Under the pieces are notes generated by a model. The model saw only the letters and a program-made list of their open reading frames with translations, was not told the DNA's origin and did not search any database. This document shows positions 37,607 through 49,200 of a stretch of DNA of 64,000 bases, piece after piece. The DNA comes from a virus. A program made the translations under genes and the position numbers. Every line of letters starts with the position of its first letter. Position 1 is the first letter of the stretch. Location of the stretch: positions 1-64,000 of IMG/VR virus record IMGVR_UViG_3300028840_007197. The stretch is one strand, 5' to 3'.

Positions 37607-38281
37607 TTATGGTCTCCCGAAATTAGCCGAATCCATCTGCTGCTTATTCGGGCCTTTTTCTCCGGAATTCTTATAACCCACATTTATCTGTGTGTAATGT
37701 TTTGAGATAAGGTCTTCAAGCTCCGGGGAATAATCATAACGGCACTCGGACAGGTTTGCCTCAGGCAGGTAAATCCACGTGGGCCTGTAATTCTTACGAA
37801 TATTTACCACCTGAGCTATGCACGTCTTCAGAACGTCATTCTTCTCTTTGGTATCCAGTGTGAACACCAATAGGTCATATTTTTGTGTCTCTGAAAGATT
37901 AGGTGTATGCCCATCGGGTTGTTTCACATAGAACTTCTGGAGCAGATCTATGGCCCTACAGCAATGAAACGATAGTGAAGGATACTCATACCTATAGAGC
38001 ATAATAGTGGATTTAACGTTTAACAGAAAATCCCTTTCCGACCCTCTTATAAGTATGTTTGGGCTTCGCTCTAGATTATCGGGGTCGAACTTCAGGCCAT
38101 CATAAATTTTATCAAAGGGCAGATACTGGTCACCTAATTGTCGTAGAAGGTCGAAGCTCCTTGATATGAACTCGGATTTCTTACACAGGCAGTATTCACT
38201 GACAATGACCCTTTGGCCCGTATACTTGTGCGTCCTTATATAAAGGCGCTCCCCCAGGCCATTACAAAGAGGGCAGGTCAT
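37607..38281 (-). CDS. Zn-ribbon protein, degenerate DnaC/IstB-like helicase loader candidate
   Basis: CPLCNG...CLC, YDLLVF and R....PTWI patterns next to the helicase; no Walker A GKT. Confidence 0.45.
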   Translation of the reverse strand: MTCPLCNGLGERLYIRTHKYTGQRVIVSEYCLCKKSEFISRSFDLLRQLGDQYLPFDKIYDGLKFDPDNLERSPNILIRGSERDFLLNVKSTIMLYRYEYPSLSFHCCRAIDLLQKFYVKQPDGHTPNLSETQKYDLLVFTLDTKEKNDVLKTCIAQVVNIRKNYRPTWIYLPEANLSECRYDYSPELEDLISKHYTQINVGYKNSGEKGPNKQQMDSANFGRP

Positions 38282-39960
38282 TCTATATTCTCCGCGTCTT
38301 CCATGAGCTGAGTGAACAGGTCATCTATGACCCCGCTCTCCTGAGCCGTGAAGTCCAAGGCTCCTTCAGCTGTATCTCCAATAACTTCATCACTTAGTTC
38401 TTTCTTTCCTGAAACTTTATTAATGACCCTCACATCTATCGTGCCCTTATTTATCATGTGCAAAACGAGAATGTGCTCTTTAAGGCTACCAATTCGCTGG
38501 GCCCGGCCTATAGTCTGCACAAGGTCTCCGTAGCTCCAGGGTGTGTCATAAAAAATTATTACGCCAGCCGATTGAAGATTCAAAGAAGCCGAACCTGCGG
38601 TGGTAATGAAAATAACCTTACACGTGGGGTCATTCTGGAACTTAAGACGGGCACTCTGGCGTTCCGAATCATTGAGGTCACCCGTTATTTTCGTGTAACT
38701 GATATGATTACGCTCACAGGCTATTTCAAGAGCAGGTATACCCGTTTTAAAACGAGTGAAGAGAATTACTTTCTCTTCAACGAGTTCCTCGGTCATAAGA
38801 CGAATAAACTCGTTTTCCTTACTCGACTCACCGGACTGACCTATTAAAGAGGGGCCATTGCTGATCATCTGACAGTAAGTCAGAGCCGCAAGCTTACCGC
38901 GCTTACGGCCGTCCTCTGTCATGAATTTCTCGTATTTATCCTTACGCTCTTCATATAATTTCAGAAGCTTTTCATCACTGGCCCCATTACGTACCTTATC
39001 AGATATCTCATAGTATTCTCTTTTTATCTTCTCCTCATACATGATACCGGAAAGAGCCTCTTTATATAGGCGCTTCTGATCCGGTTCCATCTCAAGGATG
39101 ACCTTACGAGAAATGAGTTTTGGAAGCTCCGATGCGACTTCCTCTTTTCGGCGGATTAGGAAATATGGATCTATGGCCTGTTTAAACTGCTGCAGGTTTT
39201 TATACCCGACTGTCTTAGGTATCCTGCGCTCTTTACCACCAATGCGGAGTTTCATGAGCTCTTGTTTGCAGTAATTTTTCCTGAACCTTGTTATGTTACC
39301 AAAGAGGCCAGGAACTACAACGGAATAGATGCAGTATACCTCTTCAAGACTGTTTTTTATAATGGTTGCTGATAGACCATATACCCGGTCAGCCATCTCT
39401 GAAATTAAGGTACACGCTAGATGTACCCTCGTTTTTCTATTCTTAAAGGTCTGGCACTCATCATAGATGACCATATAGTTGGGGCTCAAGGCCTGCCTAA
39501 TAAACTCATACTCCTCTATCAGGGGGGCATAGTTTATGACCATTACGTGTTCTTTGAAACCGCTGTATTGCATTTTCCGTGCTTGTATTCCGGTAAAGCC
39601 CTGATATTCGTTAGTGATGACTCTCACATCGATACCGGTAGTGAATTTATCAAACTCCTCAGCCCATTGGTACATGGCACTCTTTGGGCATACTACGAGC
39701 AGTTTAAGGTTAGGGTTATTTATAAGACTCCATGTATAAGCTGCGATAGTCTCAACGGTTTTTCCAAGGCCGGTCCCATCTCCCAGAACCATTCTCTGCA
39801 GCAGCATCATATGAAGAGCACCAACAACCTGATAATACCGCAATACGGTGCTCTCTTTGAGATACTTATTAGGTTTGAAAGCCGCTGTAGTCGATTTCCT
39901 TAACTCTAAAAGTTTTGGATAAATCGAGGGTATTTCCACAAATTTCTGTGGCATGCACAT
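38278..39960 (-). CDS. SNF2-family helicase/translocase
   Basis: YQ, GDGTGLGKT, DECQ, LSAT, RRKEEV..ELP, LNLQ.A, Q.IGRAQRIG. Confidence 0.92.
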   Translation of the reverse strand: MCMPQKFVEIPSIYPKLLELRKSTTAAFKPNKYLKESTVLRYYQVVGALHMMLLQRMVLGDGTGLGKTVETIAAYTWSLINNPNLKLLVVCPKSAMYQWAEEFDKFTTGIDVRVITNEYQGFTGIQARKMQYSGFKEHVMVINYAPLIEEYEFIRQALSPNYMVIYDECQTFKNRKTRVHLACTLISEMADRVYGLSATIIKNSLEEVYCIYSVVVPGLFGNITRFRKNYCKQELMKLRIGGKERRIPKTVGYKNLQQFKQAIDPYFLIRRKEEVASELPKLISRKVILEMEPDQKRLYKEALSGIMYEEKIKREYYEISDKVRNGASDEKLLKLYEERKDKYEKFMTEDGRKRGKLAALTYCQMISNGPSLIGQSGESSKENEFIRLMTEELVEEKVILFTRFKTGIPALEIACERNHISYTKITGDLNDSERQSARLKFQNDPTCKVIFITTAGSASLNLQSAGVIIFYDTPWSYGDLVQTIGRAQRIGSLKEHILVLHMINKGTIDVRVINKVSGKKELSDEVIGDTAEGALDFTAQESGVIDDLFTQLMEDAENIE

Positions 39961-40034
39961 AGCTCCTTATGAAATGATAGCGAATTGAGGCGCAGACTTA
40001 AAGAAGGCTGCGTATATGGCGGGAATCAAAAGAT

Positions 40035-40946
40035 TTAGCCCTTGAAATGGGGCTTAAACCTCACCTGCATGGCATCAAAACCGTCAGATTCGGAGGAGGG
40101 CTGACCTTTTTGCCATCTTTGGAGAATATTAAAACCGCCGCTGTATCCCGTGTCTGATTTATGGCCCGTCTGAGATTCCTGAAACTTCTTCATTATATCG
40201 AAACCACCAGAAAAGGGCTCAGAGAGGCTTCGTTCCTTAGCCATACGGACTATCTGTCGGTAGCGGAAAACACTATCATCCATAGCCCATTGATGCCCGT
40301 TAGAGCATATCATACCATAATAAACACTCGACCACTTTGAGGCTATCTTCGATTTATCACAGCCACAGACAGGGCATCGTGTATCCGGAAGGGGTTCCCC
40401 TGCTATAGAGGCGTACATCGTTCGACCCTGTTTTTCAGTCTCTTCAGCGGGAACACCTTTTTTTCCGACCATCTTTCCAAAAGGATTTTTCATCTGGCCC
40501 TTTTTCGAGACCACGACATAGAAATCTTTATCGAATATCTGCTTGAACTTCTCACTGGAATATGTGTTCCCTAGGTCAGATTTATAGGTGTTCCGATAGA
40601 TTGTGGGTGCCTTGTGGCCAGGTGTAAGGTCAGGACGGTCACCGGTCTTAAACAGTTTTGGGAGGAACCTGTGGACGTCCTCAGGTATAATATCGATGTC
40701 TTTATCCTTGTACAGAACCCCCTCAGAATCTGATACCACCACCATCTCGGGTTCCTGTATCAAGCCATCAGAGCTCAAGTGGGCATTATAGGCGTAATAC
40801 TCTTCTTCCCCCTTTTTTTTGAAGAGGATACCATACTCTACCCACTGAAAATTACCCTGACCTAACTCCTCGGTATTCAGTGTCTTATGGTCAGGATTGG
40901 CCCAGAAAGATATGGATACCTTAACGGGATCGTATTTCTCAGCCAC
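40035..40946 (-). CDS. Hypothetical protein with Zn ribbon and short C-terminal repeats
   Basis: CPVCG...CSNGHQW; SGGFDI / SGGFNI / DGFDA repeats. Confidence 0.7.
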   Translation of the reverse strand: MAEKYDPVKVSISFWANPDHKTLNTEELGQGNFQWVEYGILFKKKGEEEYYAYNAHLSSDGLIQEPEMVVVSDSEGVLYKDKDIDIIPEDVHRFLPKLFKTGDRPDLTPGHKAPTIYRNTYKSDLGNTYSSEKFKQIFDKDFYVVVSKKGQMKNPFGKMVGKKGVPAEETEKQGRTMYASIAGEPLPDTRCPVCGCDKSKIASKWSSVYYGMICSNGHQWAMDDSVFRYRQIVRMAKERSLSEPFSGGFDIMKKFQESQTGHKSDTGYSGGFNILQRWQKGQPSSESDGFDAMQVRFKPHFKG

Positions 40947-43900
40947 TAGGACAGTCTCCTCATAGTTATAGGAATTCCAGGGAGCTCGAAAATATCTACA
41001 ACATCGTTATTAGACCTGTGATCAAAATAATTGTGGAGAGAGGTGTTATCCACCTCGCTACCGGCAACCATCAGATACAGGCGTCCATCATTGTCCTTAT
41101 CCAGAATATACGATTGGAACGTCTTCTGATACTGGCCAGAGGAGTCAAGCTTCTCATATTTCAGGCCGAGGTTACCGCGACCCAGAGGTGCATCAGGAAT
41201 ATGAATAGTAGACCGACCCCGGTCTGCAACATTCTGTCCAAGGATAACCGTATTCGCCGTCGTATCAGAAATATCCTGGACTCTATTCACGATGCGGGTC
41301 TCCAGAACAGGATACTTGTCGGTAACAGCCGTAGATATTTCTTCATTCATCCCACTGGCATCAGCGGCGCTGTTGAGTGCCGGAAGCCTATCCAGAATAT
41401 TAGCGGGTGAGAAGAACGGCTGGTCCTTAGCAACGATAGTATAAGCTGCATAAACAGTGGAATCTTTAGGTTTTTGCGAGAGAAACAGGGTACTATCATC
41501 ATATACTTCACTGATAACATATTCAGTCTCAGAATCCGAATTAAGCTTAATCAGATACCCACTCTTAACATTAGAAGCCCACTCAGTGTTTTGACCAAGG
41601 ACTGAAGTGGTATCCTCGTCGAAAAGAGCCAGACCCTGAGCATAGGTATAATCGGTGATAGTACCGCTACCAGACGTGGTTACCAGAGCCGGTCCTATGG
41701 CCTCTATACGACCGGTAACTGTAGAATCGAGCCAGCCCTGATAGGGCGTAGTCTCATAGAAGCAGGTATATCCTTCAGAATCACTTATAGCGCTTTTTCT
41801 TAATACAGGGACTGATATGGCATTCCCTGCTGATGGCGCTGATGAGAACTCTATGACGAGCTCTGTTTTATGTGATGCATCAGAAAGTTTAAGATTATTG
41901 GTAACGAGGGGTTCTCTTGCTGACCCATTATAAGCGTAGCATGTACCATTCTCATTACTGTAGCTCGCTATTGCAATGAATCGCCCCGTGGTATCAACTT
42001 TAAACACAGTACGGCCACTACCAGCGGGCTCACGGGGTGTCAGCTCAATCATCTCGTAAGTTTCAGTAATTGCTCTGCCCTGTTTATTTGTTTCAAAGAA
42101 CTTAGTTCCGAGATACAAATCGAATTCAACATGCTGACTTGAGGAAGCTGTCGTATCAAGGGCCACGTTATACTGACTCGCAGTTCTGGTAATAGTACCA
42201 AGACTCCTTGTTGTTGAGTCTATCTTGGCGTCAGCTATCCCGAGCACACTATAGTCCTCAATGGACCGAGGAATGATATAGTTAGTAGACCCTGACCCCG
42301 GTACATGATAAGTCATCCTATGGCCAAAATCATACAGCTCATCAAATCTTGCTCCTCTGTTCGAGAGCGTATTGAAATGAGTTGTATCACCAATAATAAC
42401 GGGGGCAGCCGTTCTTACACGGATGTCACTATCCACAGAAGCTATAGGAGTTGTAGAGTCCTCTTTTCTGAACTCTAGAATCCTATTCGGAACATGAGTC
42501 AGCCCGTTTGGCCCTGCAGGCATACTAATCGTATACTCAACAGTAATGGGCAACGATGTTCCAATAATTGTTCCTGAGTTTATTGTAAATATGACGTCAT
42601 CTGCGGGTAGTGCAGTATAAGAAATATTACCGGTCAGGCTCCCATGACTTGAGGTATATATAGCATCAACAGACGTTACCTGAGAACCTTCAGGGTAAGA
42701 GTCGGAGGGTAAATCTATCTCGAACTGATTCGTAGCAGCCCAGGCTGCTCCAGGAGTTCCCGTAATCTTGTCATTGACTGTTTTAGCTATAAGAGAGTCG
42801 GGCTGTGTGATTTCTGCATTGGAGAATATTCTGCGGACTCCATCACCCTCAGCAATCTTAGTTGACCCGACTTTATCTACGTTGCTCACTGCATCCGCTT
42901 GAACAAGGACCTTTCCATAATGGTCCTCACCAAGGGTAGACTTACCCATTTTTGTCTGAAGCTTACCGCTGATGAGCTTTTTAAACCCATCCTCACACAG
43001 CTCCTTATAGTTATCCTGAACGGATACCCTACGACGAAGATCCAGAATGTCACTGGCCACAATCCAGTCATTATAGAGATTATCAGGCCTATCTGAAGCG
43101 TATCCTTCCAAATAATTCGCCAGGGTCTTTGCGGATCCGTTAGAACGGGTTTCAGGATTATAAATGCCCGTATTACGACGATGAATAGCAAACATAGGTA
43201 TGGCATAGGTATATCCATCTGCCGTCCCCAAGGTTTCCTGAGCAGCTGCATCACCGGAACCGGCTCTCCACAGACCAATATCTCCAGGAACTGGAGAGAA
43301 ATAAGCCTGGACGCAGGTACTGAGAGGAGAGCTGAGGGGCCCTTGAACAAAAACCCTATTCGGATCAAAGCCGTCGGGGTAAGTTTCCAGGTCCGTATAA
43401 GCGACTCGAATCCTATACTGTATCTGTACTCTTAAAGAGGTCTCAATATTGATAGCTGGGTCGATAAGGTCATTGGACGGATTGATACCACCATAGAGAA
43501 TATTGCCGTACTTATATACGGTATCTGAGGGCTCTAGTACCTTTTTCCATACCTCAAGGAATACGAAATCTATTCTTGAACCGATAGTAGGAGGTTCATC
43601 GAGAATAATAACGTTATTCTCATCTGTTGAATTTGTCCCCTGAACTAGAATTCTCCAGCCGTTAACCCATGCCACAAGGGCCTGTGTCTCGACACCCTTA
43701 TCGAGGGCTATGAGCTTGAATGTATTATGAACATACCCTGATGAAGAGAGTGTATCGCCAGCCCGGCATTGAGACTCTGTTACGCCCCCCTTTATCGAGC
43801 CGACAAGAGACCAGCCGCTCGGATTCAAGAAACGACTCATCAATCGGTCGTTCTCAGCAGAGACCATCCCGGTTAGATTGAGCTCTGAGGAGAGGGGCGG

Positions 43901-43987
43901 TTTTCTCTTCTGATAAACCACCTGCTCAAAACCACGGTTTGTCGGGTCCAGAACTCTGGTCTGGTTGGGACCTAGATAATCTGACAT
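40946..43987 (-). CDS. Virion tail/baseplate-associated protein (paralog of 50172-54185)
   Basis: VVYQ..KPPL.SELN N-terminus; S/T/D-rich; start probably MSDYLG at 43987 after GGAG (track gives 44017). Confidence 0.7.
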   Translation of the reverse strand: MSDYLGPNQTRVLDPTNRGFEQVVYQKRKPPLSSELNLTGMVSAENDRLMSRFLNPSGWSLVGSIKGGVTESQCRAGDTLSSSGYVHNTFKLIALDKGVETQALVAWVNGWRILVQGTNSTDENNVIILDEPPTIGSRIDFVFLEVWKKVLEPSDTVYKYGNILYGGINPSNDLIDPAINIETSLRVQIQYRIRVAYTDLETYPDGFDPNRVFVQGPLSSPLSTCVQAYFSPVPGDIGLWRAGSGDAAAQETLGTADGYTYAIPMFAIHRRNTGIYNPETRSNGSAKTLANYLEGYASDRPDNLYNDWIVASDILDLRRRVSVQDNYKELCEDGFKKLISGKLQTKMGKSTLGEDHYGKVLVQADAVSNVDKVGSTKIAEGDGVRRIFSNAEITQPDSLIAKTVNDKITGTPGAAWAATNQFEIDLPSDSYPEGSQVTSVDAIYTSSHGSLTGNISYTALPADDVIFTINSGTIIGTSLPITVEYTISMPAGPNGLTHVPNRILEFRKEDSTTPIASVDSDIRVRTAAPVIIGDTTHFNTLSNRGARFDELYDFGHRMTYHVPGSGSTNYIIPRSIEDYSVLGIADAKIDSTTRSLGTITRTASQYNVALDTTASSSQHVEFDLYLGTKFFETNKQGRAITETYEMIELTPREPAGSGRTVFKVDTTGRFIAIASYSNENGTCYAYNGSAREPLVTNNLKLSDASHKTELVIEFSSAPSAGNAISVPVLRKSAISDSEGYTCFYETTPYQGWLDSTVTGRIEAIGPALVTTSGSGTITDYTYAQGLALFDEDTTSVLGQNTEWASNVKSGYLIKLNSDSETEYVISEVYDDSTLFLSQKPKDSTVYAAYTIVAKDQPFFSPANILDRLPALNSAADASGMNEEISTAVTDKYPVLETRIVNRVQDISDTTANTVILGQNVADRGRSTIHIPDAPLGRGNLGLKYEKLDSSGQYQKTFQSYILDKDNDGRLYLMVAGSEVDNTSLHNYFDHRSNNDVVDIFELPGIPITMRRLS

Positions 43988-44949
43988 TTCGGATCTCCTA
44001 TTGTTCTCACTTTCCACACAATCAGCGGCTCAATAACGTGCGGCTCAATGCGCGAACAGAGCATCAAATTTTTTATCAGTGTCTCGTAAGCATAGGTAAA
44101 ATCGTAAAAAACGCTCGAATTAAAAAACCACGTTGTTGGGAAACCCGTACACTTCCTGAACATCCTGTCTATATCATAAAGTGGGTAAAGTTTAACAGAA
44201 AGGTCAGATAGTGCTGTTTTAATTTTATTATAGTCTTTAATGAATTCAGTAGGAACAGAGGAAGCTACTTCCTCAGGAAATATCTTAGGGTCCTTAATGA
44301 TCTTTGCAATATGTCTGACCTTCTGAGGGACCCGCTCTAAAGACCCCTCCATATCTTCGATCGTATCAGCTGACCGGTCTAGGTCCGCTATTATTGATGA
44401 TAGTATAGACTTTATAGTCTTACTTCCACACATGGTATCAGGAAACACAGTTCTCAAGAGGCTACTCGACAGCGAACAAACTTCGTCCGTATTAGCTGAA
44501 AACGACCTCATCAATTTATCATAATCGCTAAGGGTCGTCATGAATTCAGACTTCTTAGACCCGTTTACCTCTCTAGGAGTGTTCTCAGTCTGCTCGTCGG
44601 GCTTCAATTCCAGCATCAATATTTCGACATCTTTATGGTTATCCCTGATAACCTTAAGAATTTCATCTACGGCACTATCTGAAGCTAGATGAGCATTAAC
44701 CCCTTTGTTCTTCTTGGTCAGATTCCCTAGAATATGACTTATTACTGGCACTGCCCTGATGTATTCCTTATTGGTCATTGGACCGGCCAAAATTATTCCA
44801 TTGAGAGAAGCAAATAGATATCTTCCCTCTTTCGTGACCGACAAAGAGTTCTTACCTACCTTAAAATCAGCGAGGAGCTTACCTTTTTTAGCAAACATCC
44901 CGGCCATTTTTATATCATTCTTCGGATATTCCTTTGACACGCTCGTCAT
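43972..44949 (-). CDS. Hypothetical protein
   Basis: 325-aa ORF. Confidence 0.7.
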   Translation of the reverse strand: MTSVSKEYPKNDIKMAGMFAKKGKLLADFKVGKNSLSVTKEGRYLFASLNGIILAGPMTNKEYIRAVPVISHILGNLTKKNKGVNAHLASDSAVDEILKVIRDNHKDVEILMLELKPDEQTENTPREVNGSKKSEFMTTLSDYDKLMRSFSANTDEVCSLSSSLLRTVFPDTMCGSKTIKSILSSIIADLDRSADTIEDMEGSLERVPQKVRHIAKIIKDPKIFPEEVASSVPTEFIKDYNKIKTALSDLSVKLYPLYDIDRMFRKCTGFPTTWFFNSSVFYDFTYAYETLIKNLMLCSRIEPHVIEPLIVWKVRTIGDPKCQII

Positions 44950-45268
44950 GTTTCTCTCTTAATCTATCTATATATTTACTTATGTGGACAATAAAAACAT
45001 CAACACTCTCTGCATCAGAAACTATTACGGTATTACCCGACCCCTTAAATTCGAGATCTGAAACGGATGTGCCACGAATCGACAGAGTAAATATTTCATT
45101 TCCTAGAGATATCAGCACAGAATGATTGTTTAAAAAATCGTTTTTACCCCACGTTTTTACATCAAATCCCGACTCGGATAGATAACTACGCAACTCTTTC
45201 CATAATCTCTTATCGAGATTACGCAACGAGGATTTTCTGTGAGGATCATTGTGATAGTGGACCATCAC
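44915..45268 (-). CDS. Hypothetical protein
   Basis: 117-aa ORF, translationally coupled. Confidence 0.6.
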   Translation of the reverse strand: MMVHYHNDPHRKSSLRNLDKRLWKELRSYLSESGFDVKTWGKNDFLNNHSVLISLGNEIFTLSIRGTSVSDLEFKGSGNTVIVSDAESVDVFIVHISKYIDRLREKHDERVKGISEE

Positions 45269-45585
45269 AATTTCTCTAAGAAAATCCTCTTTTTCAATAC
45301 ATCTATATAATTTTTACCTACTGAACAGATTCTATTATATATGTCATCAGCTACCTCTTTATAAATTTCCTGATTGTATTTAAGAAAGGTAGCCATATTG
45401 AAACACCAGTCTCCAACATCTTTTGACGCTTTTTCAAACTCTTCCGGTTCTTCCGGAAACATCTCAAAGGGTCCATATGAGTGATTAGACTTCCTCCAAA
45501 CCCCCATCAACTCATTAGCGGCTTTTACCCTATTAGAAAAAGCATTGAGTCGCCTATTAAATCCAATCCATGAATCGTGAACCAT
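45265..45585 (-). CDS. Hypothetical protein
   Basis: 106-aa ORF, TAATG coupling. Confidence 0.6.
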   Translation of the reverse strand: MVHDSWIGFNRRLNAFSNRVKAANELMGVWRKSNHSYGPFEMFPEEPEEFEKASKDVGDWCFNMATFLKYNQEIYKEVADDIYNRICSVGKNYIDVLKKRIFLEKL

Positions 45586-46172
45586 TAAGCTGTAATTCTA
45601 AATATTATACTCATAGTCATGGAATTAGTCTTGTTAATAACAGGAAAAGTCCTGAAATTAACCATGGTCCCACTATCAGCAAGATCCGTAGCGTCTCCCC
45701 CGAACATACCCATCTCAACCAGGGGTCCTACCGCCTCGGTTTCAGCGAACGTAGCCGTAAAATCTACCACGTTTGTGGGTACAGTCGTTGGGTCACCCGT
45801 ATCGGGGTCAATGAAACTTACATCATTCGTTGTATAAGCCTTACGGGCAATTTCATTATTGAGCTCAGTCTGAGTAGCTACGGGCTGTGGAGGGTTCTGT
45901 AGGTTCCATCCAGATGCACCAGTCCCAACAGCCAAATATGAGATTCCTGCATCAGGCTCATGATTATCCTTGAGGAGTCGGGCAATAAGAATGGAAGCAG
46001 TATTTACGATCAGGTTGTGATTATGGCGCTCTTCAATAATCTCACCCGTTGCCGAGTCTCTCAGAATAATCCAGTACTGACCATGAAGGGGCCGGGTCTT
46101 CTCCTCATACTTTGCGCGGTATCCACCCATAAAGCCTTCATAGGCCCTCTTCAGATTCTCAATGAAGATCAT
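45585..46172 (-). CDS. Tail-collar / fibre-attachment-like structural protein
   Basis: HNLIVN, YLAVGTG, T.L.NEIARK, F...EA.G.L.E.G.F, FPVINK. Confidence 0.7.
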   Translation of the reverse strand: MIFIENLKRAYEGFMGGYRAKYEEKTRPLHGQYWIILRDSATGEIIEERHNHNLIVNTASILIARLLKDNHEPDAGISYLAVGTGASGWNLQNPPQPVATQTELNNEIARKAYTTNDVSFIDPDTGDPTTVPTNVVDFTATFAETEAVGPLVEMGMFGGDATDLADSGTMVNFRTFPVINKTNSMTMSIIFRITA

Positions 46173-46261
46173 AAAAAAGCTCCATATTGAATAAGTACAA
46201 TACCCTTAAATGTCATTTGTATTAAGAGATTATCGATGCTTATGAATCAACGACTTACGCA

Positions 46262-49200
46262 CTATAAAGGCATCATTTCCGTGACCTTTAGGACACGGTA
46301 ACTCCTATCCGGGAGCAACTCCTTAAATGTCTTTTTCCGGTAACGAACTACTTCATCATTCATGAATGAGTAATCTACCATGTACTTCAGAGGGTCCTTA
46401 GAATGAGAAGAGTTTAGAACCTTTACCAGAGCATTAGGGAACGTATCAGGTGAACTCAATTCATCTTGAGATGCTTCATAAGTCTCGAAAACAGGGCCAG
46501 AGAATATATGCTCCTCAATCTGATAAGTCGTCTTATTGAAATAGACTATCTTTGTTCCCAACCCATAATCATCAAGATTATTCACGTACTCATTATACTG
46601 AGCATCGATTCTAATCTTAATTGGGTCCGGACAAGCAGATGCAAAGACATAGTCATCGTCCAATATTCTTGAATAATAAGGGTCTATCAGTTCTATTGTG
46701 GTGGTATTAATGACTTTATAACTAAAAGTTACAGGGGGACTAATCTCATATATGAGCTCTATCTCATCCCCGGCATTAAGAAGTCCGTTTAGACTACTAC
46801 CTCTCCAGATTAATTCGTTTCCATACACATAGAAATCATAACCATCCTGCTGAGAGGTTCCATTCACAATATTAAGAACTACATTTGTTTTCCTTCTCAG
46901 GTAATTTGAGAGGAAAACACCCCCGTTATCAGCCTGCTCCTGAGTCAGTATTATATGCTCAAAAACCAGATAAGATGGCATGTTCAACTGAATGACACCA
47001 TTTACGGGATCAATCGATGAAATAATGCCCTCTAAGACCGTACCGCCTATTTTTACCACCACATCACCGGCATCTGCATAGGTGGTCTCATTTTTCATGA
47101 GCGGAAGAGTCGGAAAATCAATTATCCCCTGGTCTGAGGACATTTTCATAGTAGCTGGCAGATAATATGTCGGAGTATCCGTCTCAAGTTCAGATGCAGC
47201 CTCATAGGAAATGAGAGCCAGACCAGTACTCTCTGTTTCTCTTAGGATGAAATTATCCCTGAGCTTCTTTGAGGGCACTCTAAGATTAGGCGATCCAATT
47301 AATGAACCTGGAATGGATGCGGTTACCTCATCATATTTAACAGTATCTGTAACTAGCCACGGGTCGCATTCTTTGAGCTTGGGAATATCTTCCTGATATC
47401 TAAACTGGAAAATCGGTGTCGCTGAATCACATAGGGAACTTAAATGGACACTCTCTCCATTATCCCTGAATTCCTTCAGAAGCAGGTCCGAATAGAGAAG
47501 AGGATGACGATGCTGCCTGATATCCTGAAGTTTTCTCTGATATACGAGTCCCGGTTGATACGCGAAAGTCTTCTGGAATGGAGGCGTACCTTCTCTTAGC
47601 TTCAGGACAGGATCCAGGCCATTATCCAGGTATTGGTCATCCAGAACGATGTTAGAACTAGTATCGTACAGAAACTCTGGGCTGAAGAAAAGATTAAGAT
47701 GATTAAGAGAATCCTGTTGATTCGCTATAGAAGCCCTTGTAGCAGGCTTCTGATAATTATTGAGCCTGAGAGTATCGGGAGAGTTCAGAACGGACGTATG
47801 ATGCAGGAGATATGTCCTGAACCGATATCCTATCTCAACCGGATTAGCTCTTGGTATGGACGCTGTACCTGAGGAATCATTTAGGGCATCATCAAGTAGG
47901 AAATTCTCGTAATCAAGATACCTTTCAATATCATCGAGAAGTGCAGGATACTGATAGTTCAAACCGGCATAATAACCAAATTCGAGACTATCACCTATGG
48001 CAGGAACTCTACCCAGTTCGGAATCTACCCAGAATTGAGTAGTGTCATAAAGGGTTATATGACCAAAGAGGGGCCTTATTGACCTTACCGCATCTATGAC
48101 CTGAGTACCATCGACATAGATGCTTACATCAGATGTTCCTGCGAGAGTTCCGGACCCATCACCCGTGACCAAAGGCGTATGGGACATCTGCCAATGGGCT
48201 AATCCGAAGAGCAAATCTGTTGAAGAGCTATAGACCGTACCATCGGATAAATAGTTATAATCGAATCCAATTTCATCACAGATAGCGGGAGAATGACCTA
48301 CTGTTGAGTCCCAGTATGTTGTGCTATCAGTCAGAGTAACGTTAGCATTACTAGCATCTACAGAAATAACGGAGTCACTAAGAGAGGTACCGTCAAAATT
48401 AACGAGTACATCAGAGATTGTTGCAGGATTACCAGAACTATCCGTAAGGGGAGCATGCGGCAGAGTTAATACATAACTATCCCCGTACCAGAAGGAGTCA
48501 AAGACTTCATCTCTTCCCCATGGAAGGCTTAACCTAGGTGAATCTAATCTCTGACCTATTTGGAAGGAAGTAGATGTAGTCTTTTCGCTGGTAGCATCAC
48601 AATCCTTACGAAGGTCCTCATAATAAGGCTGTAAAAGGTCCTGCACCCATCTATCACAGATGGTAGTAGGGGTAGTTTTTATTTGAAGGGGGAATCGCCC
48701 ATTCGGGTCCATCACCTTCTTCACGAACTCCTGGAAGGCCGGTTTCCTTATAGTATCGAGATAGAACCTGGAAACCGATGAAGGCAGGACCCCAGGAGGC
48801 ATATACCAGAACTGAAAATCGCCAGGAATCTGAATCCAGGATATCCTAACCCACTGACCAATCCTGAGTTGATCGAACCTTATTCTTTTTCCGAGGGAAT
48901 TAAATATTACAGTCCCATTTACACCTGGCTCTGTAATGACCCTCGTCCCATCAGTGAGAAACAGGGTCAGATAGTCATTATGGAGAGAATCAATCCTCCC
49001 CGTGGCCCCCTGTGAAGTAGTAAGTACTGATATTTGTCTTGCCAGATATGTTGGTTCACCTAAAGGGCTGTAATCGTATACAGGTACACATCCACCACCA
49101 GTATCACCATAAATGAGGTCGTGTATTTTATTAACATCTATCTGCTCGGTCCAAATAAGCCTGGTATCATAAAGGACGTGAGCAGGCCTGATTAGATTTA

